NCBI RefSeq assembly: GCF_030144855.1
Contig: NC_082711.1
Coordinates: 160,766,001 to 160,830,000, forward strand
Origin: Hypanus sabinus
Taxonomy: Eukaryota
DNA length: 64,000 nucleotides
Direction: 5' to 3'
Shown here: positions 25,335-37,099 of the stretch, piece after piece
Position numbering within the stretch: the stretch's first letter is position 1
Layout of the letters: the number at the start of each line of letters is the position of its first letter
The notes under the pieces: generated by a model
What the model was told of the DNA's origin: nothing
The model's input: the letters and a program-made list of their open reading frames with translations, nothing else
Database searches by the model: none
Translations under genes and position numbers: made by a program

Positions 25335-26200
25335 ACAGAGTCTTACAACACTGCAGTACAGAAATAGGGCCTTCAGCTCATCCGCTCCATGCCGATCTGC
25401 TATGCTGTCTAATCCCATCTATTTCCACCCAGCCCTTAGCTCTCATACCTCGCCCATCATGTGCCTATCCAAATTTCTCTCTAATGTTGCAGTCAAACAT
25501 GCATACACCACGTGCACTGGCAGTTCATTCCACACTTCCACCACGCTCTGAGTGAAGAAGAGCCTCCTCATGTTCCCCTTAAATATTTTGTTTTTTAACC
25601 TTAACTCATGACCACTAGTTCTAGTCTCACCCAACCACAGTGGAAAGTAAGTGCAAAATCTAGTGCAGAATATTCACTCTGAAGCAAATTTACAATACAA
25701 TACAGCTATCATATACAACATAGAACAGCACAGCACAGTAAAGGCCCTTCGGCCCGTGATGTTGTGCCTGCTTTGCAATTAATCTAAGCCTTCCCTCCTA
25801 CACAGCCTATAACCTTCCATTTTTCTCTCACTGAGTCTTTTAAATGTCCTGACTATTTCAGCCTTCTTCCACTACCCAGTGCAATACCTTCCATCTACTC
25901 ACCACTCTCTGTTTAAAAAACTTACCTCTGACATCCTATCTAAACCTTCCTCCATTCACCTTCACTGGTATTGGGCATTGCCACTCTAGGAAAAATAAAT
26001 GGTGTCAGCTGTCTATTCTGTCTATGCTTCTCATAATCTTATACACCTCAATCAAATTACCACTCATCTTTTGTTTCTCCAAAGAGAAAAAGCCCAGCAC
26101 ACTCAGCCTTTCGTGAAGAGTTGCATACCCCAACCCAAGCAGCATCCTGGTAAATATCCTTTGCACCCTCTTTAAAGTTTCCACATCCTTTTATATTGTT
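25335..26200 (-). mobile_element. Two adjacent CR1-type LINE 3' fragments (about 25335-25645 and 25715-26200)
   Basis: ORF 25443..25634 TRTSGHELRL..FFTQSVVEVWNELP is the CR1 ORF2 C-terminus. The second copy starts catagaacagcacagcacag. Confidence 0.8.
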
Positions 26201-26421
26201 AGGGATTATTCTGGAGCTATAAGATATTGATTTCCCAGCAACCAGTCTTCAGATTTGAATGTGGATTGCCAATTGAATTTAAAATGCAACTCAGAACAAT
26301 GGTCTACTTGGAGCTATAGACTGGGGTCAATTGCAAACCAGGAAACACCCCATTGACTGAGATGTCTGCATATGCATGAATGCAGCTCAGAGACAGAGGT
26401 GATTATCACTCATTCTAGGGT

Positions 26422-26610
26422 AACACACACAAAATGCTGGAGGAACTCAGCAGGACAGGCAGCATCTGTGGAAAAGAGTATGCAGTTGATGTCTCAGCCC
26501 AAAATGTCAACTGTTTACTTTTTTCCATAGATGCTGCCTGGCCTGATGAGTTCCTCCAGAATTTTGTGCCTATTGCTTGGATTTACAGCACATGTAGATT
26601 TTCTCTTACT
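26422..26610. mobile_element. Penelope-derived foldback element
   Basis: Inverted arms cacaaaatgctggaggaactcagcagg..cagttga / tcaactg..cctgatgagttcctccagaattttgtg. Confidence 0.8.
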
Positions 26611-26703
26611 CAGTCTAGGGTGTCTGGAGTGTTGGTGTGAAGATCTAGGTGCTTGTAGCTCAAAGGAAGCATTGCCAATCCAAAGTATTGGAGTAAAAAA
26701 TGT

Positions 26704-26890
26704 TGTTGTAACTATTGAAACTATATTGAGTTACCATTGATCTTAAGGGCATAAAAATATGATGTACTTCGAGTTTCTGGGCCTCGTCATCCAAGAGGGC
26801 CTCCAGTATGATGCCTGCTTGTTTTACTGAATAAAGACTTTTATATCTACCAGTTGTGTCTCTCCAATGGCTTCATTCACAGTCTCAACA
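26704..26890 (+). mobile_element. Probable solo LTR (~190 bp)
   Basis: TGTTG...CAACA termini, TATA-like cataaaaat, AATAAA at 26830. No TSD is recoverable. Confidence 0.55.
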
Positions 26891-27560
26891 CTATAGCAAG
26901 ATGGCCAGAACTGAACAAAATGCTCCAGCTGTGGTTCTGGCTCATGAACTCAATACCCCTACTATTGAAGGCAAACACACCATATGCCTTCTTGACCACC
27001 ATATCAACTTGCAAAGTAAATACTAGGGATCTGTGGACTTGGACGTCAAGGTCCCTCTGATTGTCCACACTGATAAGAATCCTGACATTAACCCTGTACA
27101 ATGTCCTCAAGTTCAATTTTCCAATGTGTATCACTTCACACTTTACTGGATTGAACTCCATCATCCACTTCTCTGACCAACTCTGCATCATGTCCCTTTG
27201 TAAGCTACGACAAGCCACAACATTATCCACAGTACCTCTGACCTTCATGTCATCTGAAAATTTACTAACAGACCCATCCACTTCCTCATCCAAGCCATTT
27301 ATAAATGCCACAATGAGCAGAGGTCCCTGAATAGATGTCTGCAGAACACCACCAGTCACCACACTCTAGGTAGAATATGCTCTATGTATTACCACCCTCT
27401 GCCTTCTTGGGCAAGCCAGTTCTGAATCCATGCATCCAAGTTTCCATAGACCCCTCTTGAGTTTCTGAGTCAGCCTACCATGGGGAACTTTGACAAATGC
27501 CTCACTAAAACCACATCCAACACTCCATTTTCCTCAAGTTGTTTCATCACCTCCTTGAGA
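26891..27560 (-). mobile_element. CR1-type LINE RT fragment
   Basis: ORF 26877..27362: GPLL..FINGLDEEVDG.VSKFSDDMK, KWMMEFNPVKCEVIH. Confidence 0.88.
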
Positions 27561-27759
27561 AACTATAAACTAGATGCACTTGATTCCAATGTCTTTATAC
27601 ACAAAGATAGTGTCATCACCAATGTTTTCAGCAATACTTCAGCCTCATCCTTAGGAACATAGCTCCTAATGATAGACAGTGCTAACTCTTTCCTGCAATG
27701 AGACACTGGGTGATTCAGCTTTATTGCTACCTTCCATCATGTACCATCTTGTCTGAGAC

Positions 27760-27839
27760 CAGGGGTTTCCAACCTTTTTAAAGCCATGGACATCTACCGT
27801 TAATCGAGGAGTCTATGGACCCCAGTTTGGGAACACCTG
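27760..27839. mobile_element. ~80-bp hAT MITE, copy 3
   Basis: caggggtttccaacc...tttgggaacacctg. Flanks tctgagac / tcctagaa. Confidence 0.8.
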
Positions 27840-27944
27840 TCCTAGAAGAAGGGGTAAGTGCATCAGAGAGCAATCTGCAAAGTGATGAGGCTATTATGGT
27901 TGAATCATTTGTAGCATTTGCAGGCTGTGGGATGTGGACACAGG

Positions 27945-28545
27945 CTATAGAGCTACACAGCACAGAGAATAGACCTTTCAGCCCAACTCAACCATGTCAA
28001 CGAAGTTGTTTAACACAGTTAGTCCAATTTTCCTGTGCTTGGTCTATATCCCTCTAAACTTTTCCCCTTTGTGTTATTCATCTTCTAAATGTTGTAATTG
28101 CACCCACCATTACCACATCTTCTGCAGCTCAATTCACTTACCTACCACTCTCTGTGCGAAAAAGTTGCCCCACACACATCTTTTAAATCTTTCCCCTTCT
28201 CACTTCAACCTTCCAGTTTTCGACACCCTACCCAAGTGAGGAGATAGTGGTCTTTCACTTTATGATTCATGATTCTATAAACCTAAGGTCAAGTCACAGC
28301 CTTAGGTTGGCACTTCAGGCAGAAAAGTCCTAGCTTGTACAGGTTCTCCTTAAAACTTAAAACTACAGTCCTGATTGCATCCTCATAAATCTTTTGTGTA
28401 CACTTCCCCGTTTAATAAAACTTTTTTATAGCAGGGTAATCAGAACTGTGTGCAATACTCCTTAAGTGGCCTTTCCAATGACTAGTACAGCTGTAACATG
28501 GCCCCCCAAATCCTCTACTCAACATCCTGACTGACAGCAAGTGTG
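27945..28545 (-). mobile_element. CR1-type LINE 3' fragment
   Basis: Starts tagagctacacagcacagagaatagacctttcagccc and is colinear with the other CR1 3' ends. Confidence 0.75.
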
Positions 28546-28549
28546 CCAC

Positions 28550-29310
28550 AGTTCCAAATAAGTTTGTTATCAAGATGCATATATGTCACCATATACAACC
28601 TGAGATTCATTTTCTTGTGGACATACACAATAAATCCAAGGAACATAAGAAAATCAATGAAAGATTGCACCCAACAGAGCAGACAAACAACCAATGTGCA
28701 AAAGACAACAAAATGTGNNNNNNNNNNNNNNNNNNNNNNNNNNNNNNNNNNNNNNNNNNNNNNNNNNNNNNNNNNNNNNNNNNNNNNNNNNNNNNNNNNN
28801 NNNNNNNNNNNNNNNNNNNNNNNNNNNNNNNNNNNNNNNNNNNNNNNNNNNNNNNNNNNNNNNNNNNNNNNNNNNNNNNNNNNNNNNNNNNNNNNNNNNN
28901 NNNNNNNNNNNNNNNNNNNNNNNNNNNNNNNNNNNNNNNNNNNNNNNNNNNNNNNNNNNNNNNNNNNNNNACATGAGATGAAGAATCCTTGAAAGTGAGT
29001 CCATAGGTTGTGGGAACAGTCTAGTGATTGGGCGTTTGAAGTTGAGTGGAATTACTCCCTTCGGTTGAAGAGCCTGATGGTTGAGGGGTAAGTACCGTTC
29101 ATGAACCTGGTGGTGTGGGTCTTGAGGCTCCTGCACCTTCACCCTGATGGCAGCAGTGAGAAGAGAGCATGGCTTGGGTGGTGGGTGTTCTTGATGAAGG
29201 TTGCTACTTTTGCATGACAATGCTCTATGTAGATGTGCACAATCGTGCGGAGGGCTTTACCCATGTTGGACAAGACTGTATTACTTTCTGTTGAATTTTC
29301 CATTCAAAGA
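28550..29310 (-). mobile_element. Rex1/Babar-like LINE 3' part (host of the LTR element; spans the assembly gap)
   Basis: The 3' UTR and RT C-terminus match 43694-46200. The element continues at 34558. Confidence 0.85.
28718..28970. other. Assembly gap (253 N)
   Basis: Run of n. Confidence 1.
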
Positions 29311-30131
29311 TGTTACGAATGTGCCACAGCTCTGAGGGGCCGAAGGGTGCGGGGTAGCCCCCTCCTTGTGAGAATCGCAAGATCACTATTAAGTCAGTTC
29401 AGGAGACCCAGGAAATGAGAGAAAGACATGCAGAATCCACAAAGAGTGGAATGTGTCCTGGCCTCCGAAAGGCAGAACCATTGATACCGGCTATTGTCTC
29501 TTGGACACGGAATTGTGTATTGAATCCTGTACGATGCATCGAAGCCCCCAGGCAATGAACCGAGAGGGAGGTTGGTGGAGGGATTGCATCATCCCAACCT
29601 GATTGACATCGGAGACCCTGTGAGTCAGGATAAGAGAGGGGCTGTGGGAACAGCCCCTCAGACGCACCAGAAGAAACGCTAGCGATCCCGTAATAGCAAA
29701 AGCCAGTGGGAAGGCCACATGCATCCGTTTCCATTTGCCCTGGAATCGGTGGGCCTTTACCACAGAAGAACGGTTTTTAGCTAACAACGGGGAAATCAAC
29801 TCCCCACGACTCTCGAAGGATTGACATCATAAAAGGAATGGGCAAGTTTTAACCCGTCTTTCTCTCCAACCAAAAAGCTGCAGCTTGGATGAACTAAAGT
29901 GACTTTTATATTTCCATCGGACAATATATTATCACCTAGACAACGATAGAGCTATTCCTTATTGATTATTATTATACCCGTGCTTTTAGATTTAGTATTG
30001 ATGACATATATTATCTGTATGTTTGCATTGATATTATTGTGTATTTTTATCAATAAATACTGTTCAAAATAGTACCATCAGACTTCAACAGACCTCTCTA
30101 TCTTTACTGGTAAGTGACGGGGTATGTAACA
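29311..30131 (+). repeat. 5' LTR
   Basis: Direct repeat of 33721-34553. AATAAA at 30052. Confidence 0.95.
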
Positions 30132-30132
30132 A

Positions 30133-30153
30133 TTGGGGTTCTCATCTCAGGAT
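30133..30153 (+). promoter_or_regulatory. Primer-binding site, degenerate tRNA-Pro type
   Basis: ttggggttctcatctcaggat directly follows the LTR and resembles TGGGGGCTCGTCCGGGAT. Confidence 0.6.
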
Positions 30154-30242
30154 TTGACACCAAATTGGGAGGCCAGTGAATCGGGCTTGTAGGTCCAAAC
30201 TTGGATCTGGTACGCGGGTAGCCAGACAGGAAACCAGCAAAG

Positions 30243-33200
30243 ATGGACGTGGGTGAATTTATAGAAAACCCAACTCTGGAGGCACTAGAGGCGGCCTCCA
30301 GATCGGACTTGATAAATTTGGCGAAGAGGTTAAATCTCGCAGAGGTGAGGTTGTCAATGAAAAAGCGGGAGGTGCGAAGGGCAATAACTCAGTATTATAT
30401 TGGGAAGAATGTGCTTGCAGCTGAGGTACTAGAAAATATCCCTGAAAAGGTACCAGCTAGTGGGACAGCTCAGTTAGAGTGAGAGAAATTAAGGTTGGAA
30501 CATGCAATTAAGTTAAAGCAGCTGGAAGCAGCTGAGAAAGAGAATGAAAGAGCCGAGAGAGAGAGAGAAAATGAGAAAGAAAGGGCCGAGAGAGAAAGGG
30601 AGCATGCGCTCCAGCTAAAGGAGTTAGAGGTGAAACAGGAGCAGGAAAGAACTGAGAAGGAGAAAGAAAGGGCCGAGAGAGAAAGGGAGCATGCGCTCCA
30701 GCTAAAGGAGTTAGAGGTGAAATGGGAGCAGGAAAGAGCTGAGAAACAAAGAGAGCACGAAATTCAGTTAAAAAAGCTGGAAGCAGCTGAAAAGGAGAAG
30801 TAAGGGGCCGAGAAGGAGAGGGAGGCAGAGAAACAGAAGAAACATGACTTGGAGATGGAGACGTTAAGGCAAGAGCAACGAGTTCAGGGGTCAGACTGAG
30901 AGGAGCGGTTTAATGTTAGTCGGGAGTTGAGGTTAATACCTCCGTTCGAGGAGATGGATGTTGATAGTTATTTCTTGCTTTTTGAAAAGGTGGCAGTGAA
31001 TCAGAATTGTCCCAGAGATTAGTGGGTGGCATTGTTACAAAGTGTGTTAAAAGGGAAAGGCACAGCGGGCATATACGGCGTTGTCCATGGAGGAGGAAGA
31101 GGAGGAGAGTTATGACAAAGTAAAGGCGGCCATTCTGCAGTTATGAGTTAGTAACTGAAGTGTCTAGATAAAAGTTCAGAAATTTAAAGAAAGGGTGGAA
31201 TCAGACATATATCGAGTTTGCCTATGAGAAGGGTGTGCTCTTGGACCGTTGGTGCACAGCAGAGATAGTGGAAGAGGATTATTGGCGTCTCAGGGAGTTA
31301 ATTCTGATTGAGGAATTTAAAGGTTGCGTTTCGGAGGATATCTGGATGTATTTGAATGAGAAGCCGAATAAGTCCATCTCAGAATTTGCCAGGTTCGCAG
31401 ATGAATATACCCTAAACCACAAGACAAAGTTTTCCTCGAATAAGAGTTCCCAGAGAGACCGTGGGAACGATCGAGAAAGCCCGTCGGCTGAGGCAGAGGT
31501 CCCGCCGGGAGCTAGTGGTAAGATTGAGGGGGAAAGGCAAGACGACAAGAGATTTCCGGGCTTGACCTGTTTTAATTGTGGAAAGGGGGGGCATATTGCA
31601 TCTAGGTGCTTTGCTCCGAGGAAAGAGACAGGAAAAGGGAAAGCAGCAGTCCCTATCGGATGTGCTGTGGTAATCAGTAAATCGACAAGAGAGCCCCGGG
31701 TAGACAGAGTACGAGAAGGGTCTGAGACTTGTATGTCAAACGGAACCGTGTCTGTGAGGGAGGGAGACACCCCAGTTCCAGTACGGATCTGGAGAGACAT
31801 GGGGGCTGAACTATCATTGATCAACAGTAAGGTACTAGATTTTGGTCGCAAGACGGGAATGGTAGCTGTGAAAGGAATAGGCAAAGGAACGGAAATGGTG
31901 CCCTTGCATAGGGTCATTATGAATTGTGAGCTAGTCTCTGGACCAGTTGAAATGGGAGTGCGATCAGAATTCCCAAGAACTGACGCGGACGTCCTTCTGG
32001 GTAATGATTTAGCCGGTGGTAAGGTTTGGTCAGCAATGACGCTGACGAGACAGCCAGTGGAGGTCCCGCCCCTAGATTCCCAGATCTATCCCGCATGCAC
32101 GGTCACTCGCAGCATGTCGAGAAAGGCAGCTGAGACAAAGAGCAGTTGAAATCAGGCCAGTATCGATTCGGCCGAGACATTTTTACTGACTCTGTACCAC
32201 GAGGGTTTAGAGGGGGGTAAAACGAAGAGAGTAAGGGAGAGAAGGTAGACCTTCCCTTAGTGAGGAGAAAAGTTCTAGAGGCAGGAGATAAAGATGAGAA
32301 ACAGATAGAGCTGTTAAAAGGTCCAGAGTTGGACATGGATGATCTGTCTGGTTTGGCAGAACTGTTTGAAGAAGTTGAAAATTCTAAAGGTGTTCCCGAT
32401 AATGAAATGAGGGCAGTCCTAGATGAAAAGGGTGCCCTTACCTTGAAGAAGTCTGCTGGGTTGGCAGAAGAGGTTGTTTCAGTCCACGGGGTTGATTTTA
32501 CTCCGGAAGGGAGTTGCCCAGAGAGTAGCTGGGAGAATCAGGGGAATTTAGAATTTGGACCGGGTACGGGTATTGAAAGCCTGGAAGAGGCAAATGTCCC
32601 GTTTGAGTGTGTCCAAGATGTGGATGCACGTGGTACTGAACCTAGTAATGGAGCTTAGAAAAAGTCTGAGGTATTTGATTCAGTTGAAAAGGAAGGCAGT
32701 CCTTGTGGGTCAGATAGACTTGGTTCAGTGAAGATAGGGTTAACCTTGGTAATAGTGGGAAGTGAGAGTTCCCAGGTGTTTGTGCTCGAAGGTGTGTTAA
32801 AAGTTAATGTGGACATCAAAAGTGGGGAGATGAATATTATTATTGAAGGAAAAGGGAAATATGTAGTTCCCAAATCGAATGAAGAAAATTTAAAGGCTGG
32901 ATTGATATCAAAGGCAGCAACCAGGCTCCAGTCATTTCAAAGGCTTGGTACCGAGGCACCTGTGGATCAATTACAGGTTGAGTTGGAAGGAAACGGGGCC
33001 CCCCACACTATTGTTATTCCAGAGTGTGGTGTGAAAAGGCAGAATTTGAAATGCTGCTTGAACAAAGAGTTCGAACTGAAAACTAATAGCCTGAAGGGTC
33101 CTGAAGAGAAAACTAGCAACTTGCGTAAAATTAAAGAATTGTGTGGAAATTCAGAAGATGGTCTAAGTTTGGGACACAGTGTTGATAAAATAACTCCTAT

Positions 33201-33282
33201 GGAAGAAGCAGGCGAAAGCCTATTTCGCCAGGGTACCCAAGCTCCCCACGTGGGAATTAACTGGAAAAGAGGCGAGGGTTAA
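30243..33282 (+). pseudogene. Disrupted gag-protease polyprotein: coiled coil, SCAN/capsid-like region, CCHC knuckle, aspartic protease, unusual C-terminal extension
   Basis: ORF pieces at 30243, 30495, 31235, 32260 and 32728. Motifs LRELILIEEFK, CFNCGKGGHIASRC, IWRDMGAELSLI (DTG degenerate) and LLGNDL. Several stops and frameshifts. Confidence 0.85.
30573..30746 (+). repeat. 87-bp in-frame tandem duplication in the Gag coiled coil
   Basis: EKERAEREREHALQLKELEVK occurs twice, and the units are nearly identical. Confidence 0.9.
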
Positions 33283-33708
33283 TGGGGACGCCATTTTTAA
33301 GTAGCAAAAGCCGGTTGTACGGGATTTCGACAAAGCATGTGAATAATAAAGACAACCCCATGGAAGCCTGCCTGTTAAGTTTGAAAGCAACATAAAGATT
33401 AGTATTTGCATGAACTTTTGTAGTATACAGGTAAGCTAAGATCACAACTCTTTAGTTTTTGTTTGCTGAAGAAAAGAAATTAAAAAAAAGGTGGTTATTA
33501 AATTGAAGTCTGATGCTACAAGACTTTAGTAAGGTACAAGATGTTAAGATATTAAAGGAAGTGACACTGTAATCGTTAACTGTTTAAATGCTGAATTGAA
33601 TGTATACCTGTACTACTCTGTAGAAAAAAAAACTTTGGTGTTGTGTTAGATTCTAAAATCCTGTAAGACTCTGTACTACTTTGTTTTCACCACTGGTGAA
33701 AACGCTTT

Positions 33709-33720
33709 GAAGAAAGGGGG
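33709..33720 (+). promoter_or_regulatory. Polypurine tract
   Basis: gaagaaaggggg immediately precedes the 3' LTR. Confidence 0.85.
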
Positions 33721-34553
33721 TGTTACGAATGTGCCTCAGCTCTGAGGGGCCGAAGGGTGCGGGGTAGCCCCCTCCTTTGTGAGAATTGCAAGATCACTAT
33801 TAAGTCAGTTCAGGAGACCCAGGAAATGAGAGAAAGACATGCAGAATCCACAAAGAGTGGAATGTGTCCTGGCCTCTGAAAGGCAGAACCATTGATACCG
33901 GCTATTGTCTCTTGGAGACGGAATTGTGTATTGAATCCTGTACGATGCATCGAAGCCCCCAGGCAATGAACCGAGGGGGAGGTTGGTGGAGGGATTGCAT
34001 CATCCCAACCCGATTGACATCTGAGACCCCGTGAGTCAGGATAAAAGAGGGTCTGTGGGAACAGCCCCTCAGACGCACCAGAAGAAACGCTAGTGATCCC
34101 GTAATAGCAAAAGCCAGTGGGAAGGCCACGTGCGTCCGTTTCCATTTGCCCTGGAATTGGTGGGCCTTTACCACGGAAGAACGGTTTTTAGCTAACAACG
34201 GGGAAATCAACTCCCCACGACTCTTGAAGGATTGACATCATAAAAGGAATGGGCAAGTTTTAACCCGTCTTTCTCTCCAACCAGAAAGCTGCAGCTTGAA
34301 TGAACTAAAGTGACTTTTATATTTCCATCGAGCAATACATTATCACCTAGACAACGATAGAGCTATTCCTTATCGATTATTATTATACCCATGCTTTTAG
34401 ATTTAGTATTGATGATGTATATTATCTGTATGTTTGCATTGATATTATTTTTGTGTATTTTTATCAATAAATGCTGTTAAAAATAGTACCATCAGACTTC
34501 AATGGACCTCTCAATCTTTGCTGGTAAGTGACCCAGTTACGGGGTACGTAACA
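33721..34553 (+). repeat. 3' LTR
   Basis: About 32 substitutions and 3 indels versus the 5' LTR by manual count. Confidence 0.95.
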
Positions 34554-34557
34554 AAGG

Positions 34558-35520
34558 GTATTAGTGTTTGCACACCAGGCCATGATGCAGCTTGTCAATA
34601 TGCTCCCCTCCACACATCTATAGAAGTCTGTCAAGGTTTTAGATGTCATGCTGAATCTTCACAAGCTTCTAAGGAAGTAGAGGTACTGTAATGCTTTCTT
34701 TGTAACTACCTTTAAGTGCTGGACCCAGGGCAGATAACCAGAAATGGTAACAGCAAGAAACTTGAAGTTGCTGACCCTCTCCACTTCTGATCCCCTGATG
34801 AGGACCAGCTCTGGTTTCCACCTCCTGAAGCCAATAATCAGCTCCTTGGTCTTTCTGACGTTGAGTAATTTTTTATTGTTGTGGCACCACTCAGTGGGAT
34901 TTTTAGTCTCCTTCCTATATGTTGATTTATCACACCTTTGATCCGGTCAATGACAGTGGTGTCATGAGCAAGCTTAAATATAGCATAGGAACTGTGCTTA
35001 ACCTCACAGTCATAAGTATAAAGTGAGTCAACCAGGGGGCTAAGCTCACAGTCTTCTGGTGTGCCTATATTGATGGAGATTGTGGAGGAGATGTTTTTGG
35101 CAATTCAAACTGAGTGGGGTCTACAAGTGAGAAAATTGAGGATCCAATTGCACAAGGATGTATTGAGGCCAAGATCTTGAAGTTTAGTGAATTGTTTTGA
35201 AAGGATGATCGTGTTGAATGCTGAGCTGTGCTTGATAAAGAATACTGTATTCTGGTGCATGCATATCTGCAGTCTAGATGTTCCAGGTTTAAGTGAAGAA
35301 CCAGTGAAATGGCTGTGGAACTGTCATGCTGGTAGGCAAATCGGAGTGGATCAAACACTTTCTTCACCATCTTGTCTACCTGCATCGCCACTTTCAAGAC
35401 CTGCACCCTTAATTCTCTTTGTTCTACAACACCGCCCATGGCCCTACCATTTACTGTAAAAGTTCTTCCCTGGTTTGCAGCATCTCACATCTATCTGAAT
35501 GAAACTTACCTGCCACTCGT
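34558..35520 (-). mobile_element. Continuation of the host Rex1/Babar LINE (to about 35350), joined to a CR1 fragment
   Basis: TLTDFYRCVEGSILTSCIMAW and DPLRFAY motifs, then a CR1-like LRVQVLKVAMQVDKMVKK. Confidence 0.8.
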
Positions 35521-36284
35521 CAGCCTGCAGTAGTGGGGAGTGAATAATGAAGTAATGGAAACCACAGCACACCATTTCTTCATTGTTCTGTCAGTCTTTG
35601 CTGTATCTCAGGTAAGTTTCATTATGGAACACCTGTCATGTTCTGCTCCAGCCAGAGCACACCTTCTATTTAAGAGATACATACTGACATTAAGAGTGGA
35701 AGCTAGCTTTAACTTATGCGAGACCCTCATTGGCTAGGTTAGGGTGCCTCATTATAATTGACGGACAGTCTGCATGCATTATCTTGACTGACAAATAAAT
35801 CCTCATGCATTGCAATCCTTACTTCATTTTTTTTTTGGCAGTCAAATTTGCTCTGAATATTCTTATTCTGATATTATTTTTCAGTCACCCTCACTGGTTT
35901 TGCCAAAACAAAACCAAATACGATGTTCAGTATAAGAAATGCAATAGTAAGGTTAGTCACCTTAGTATTAGGACAAGAATAGAATAAGCTGTGCCCCACG
36001 CCTGAACTGCTAGTGTTCTCACACTTGATGTTGCCATCCAAACCAGACGTGAACAATTTCTCATATCAGCACTGATATTCTTCGCTTTTAAGAGCCTAAG
36101 TTCACTGTGGAAGACAACTTACAAAACAAGAAGCCTGGAGACTATTTATTTTCAGTTACAATCAATAACAAAAAGAACAGCACCTTTTAAATTTACATAT
36201 GGAGTAACATACTACATGTTTATGTGCATCATCAGGAATTTTAGTTACAAGCTGTAGGTGGGCACATAGGTATAGTTTAAGAAG

Positions 36285-36655
36285 TTGGCTCCCCTCCTCC
36301 TTCCCTTTCTCCCATGGTCCACTCTCTTCTCCTATCAGATCCCTTCTTCTTCGGCCCTTTACCTTTTCCACCTATCACCTTCTGATTACTCACTTCATTC
36401 CGCCTCCCACATCCACCTACCTTCCCCCTCACCCGATTTCACCCATTACCTTCTAGCTTGTACTCTTTCCCTTCCCCCCACCTACCCACTCTGGATCTCT
36501 CCCTCTTTCTTTCTAGTCCTGATGAAAAGTCTCGGCCCAAAACTTCAGCTTTCTCTTCCTCTTTATTCATAGATGTTGCCCAACTTGTTGAGCGCCTCCA
36601 GCATTTTCTGCATGTTACTCTGGATTTCCAGAACCTGCAGAGTCTCTTGTGTTAA
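36285..36655 (+). mobile_element. Penelope-like terminal repeat with hammerhead remnant
   Basis: C/T-rich tract, then agtcCTGATGAaaagtctcggcccaaaacttc (CTGATGA at 36519-36525), then the family arm. Confidence 0.7.
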
Positions 36656-37099
36656 GAAGCAGCTTGTCTCACACCTTACCCAGAGAAAATTGGTAAAACA
36701 CTGGGATTACTATTGAAGTAAGTAAGCATTCATAGCCTTCTAAATTAAGGTATCAATGTGTCAATAGTGTTGCTAAACTGTACTGATAGGGTTGGTTCAA
36801 GAACCAAATTGTTAAAGAGAATTCACTGTTCAAACCTGCTGGTATGCGACTTAAGGCTTCTGCACCTCCTATCCAATAGTAGTTGTGAGAAAACAGCAGG
36901 ACCAGATAGTACATTATGTATTACAGTACGTAGATTGGTGTTGTGTGGAAGAAAAGGATAAGTAAAGGTCATGGGGTAACTTCTTACTGCGAATCCAGCT
37001 GCAGACATTATGCAAAAATATTCTTATGCTTGGTATCATGATAACTTTGCACCTTTCCACAGCATGAATGTAAAGATCTTCAAAACAAGTTGCATGATA

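Larger units (their letters stand above)
29311..34553 (+). mobile_element. LTR retrotransposon, Gypsy superfamily (Gmr1-like Gag), non-autonomous
   Basis: Two ~0.83-kb LTRs with TGTTAC...GTAACA ends, 4-bp TSD aaga / aagg, PBS, PPT and a gag-pro remnant. No RT or IN motifs seen. Confidence 0.93.

Noticed and set aside
28543-29220. Long ORFs around 28.5-29.2 kb
   Set aside because: They are artefacts of translating through the N gap.
31279-31917. 212-aa minus-strand ORF
   Set aside because: It is the antisense shadow of the gag-protease frame, with no independent features.
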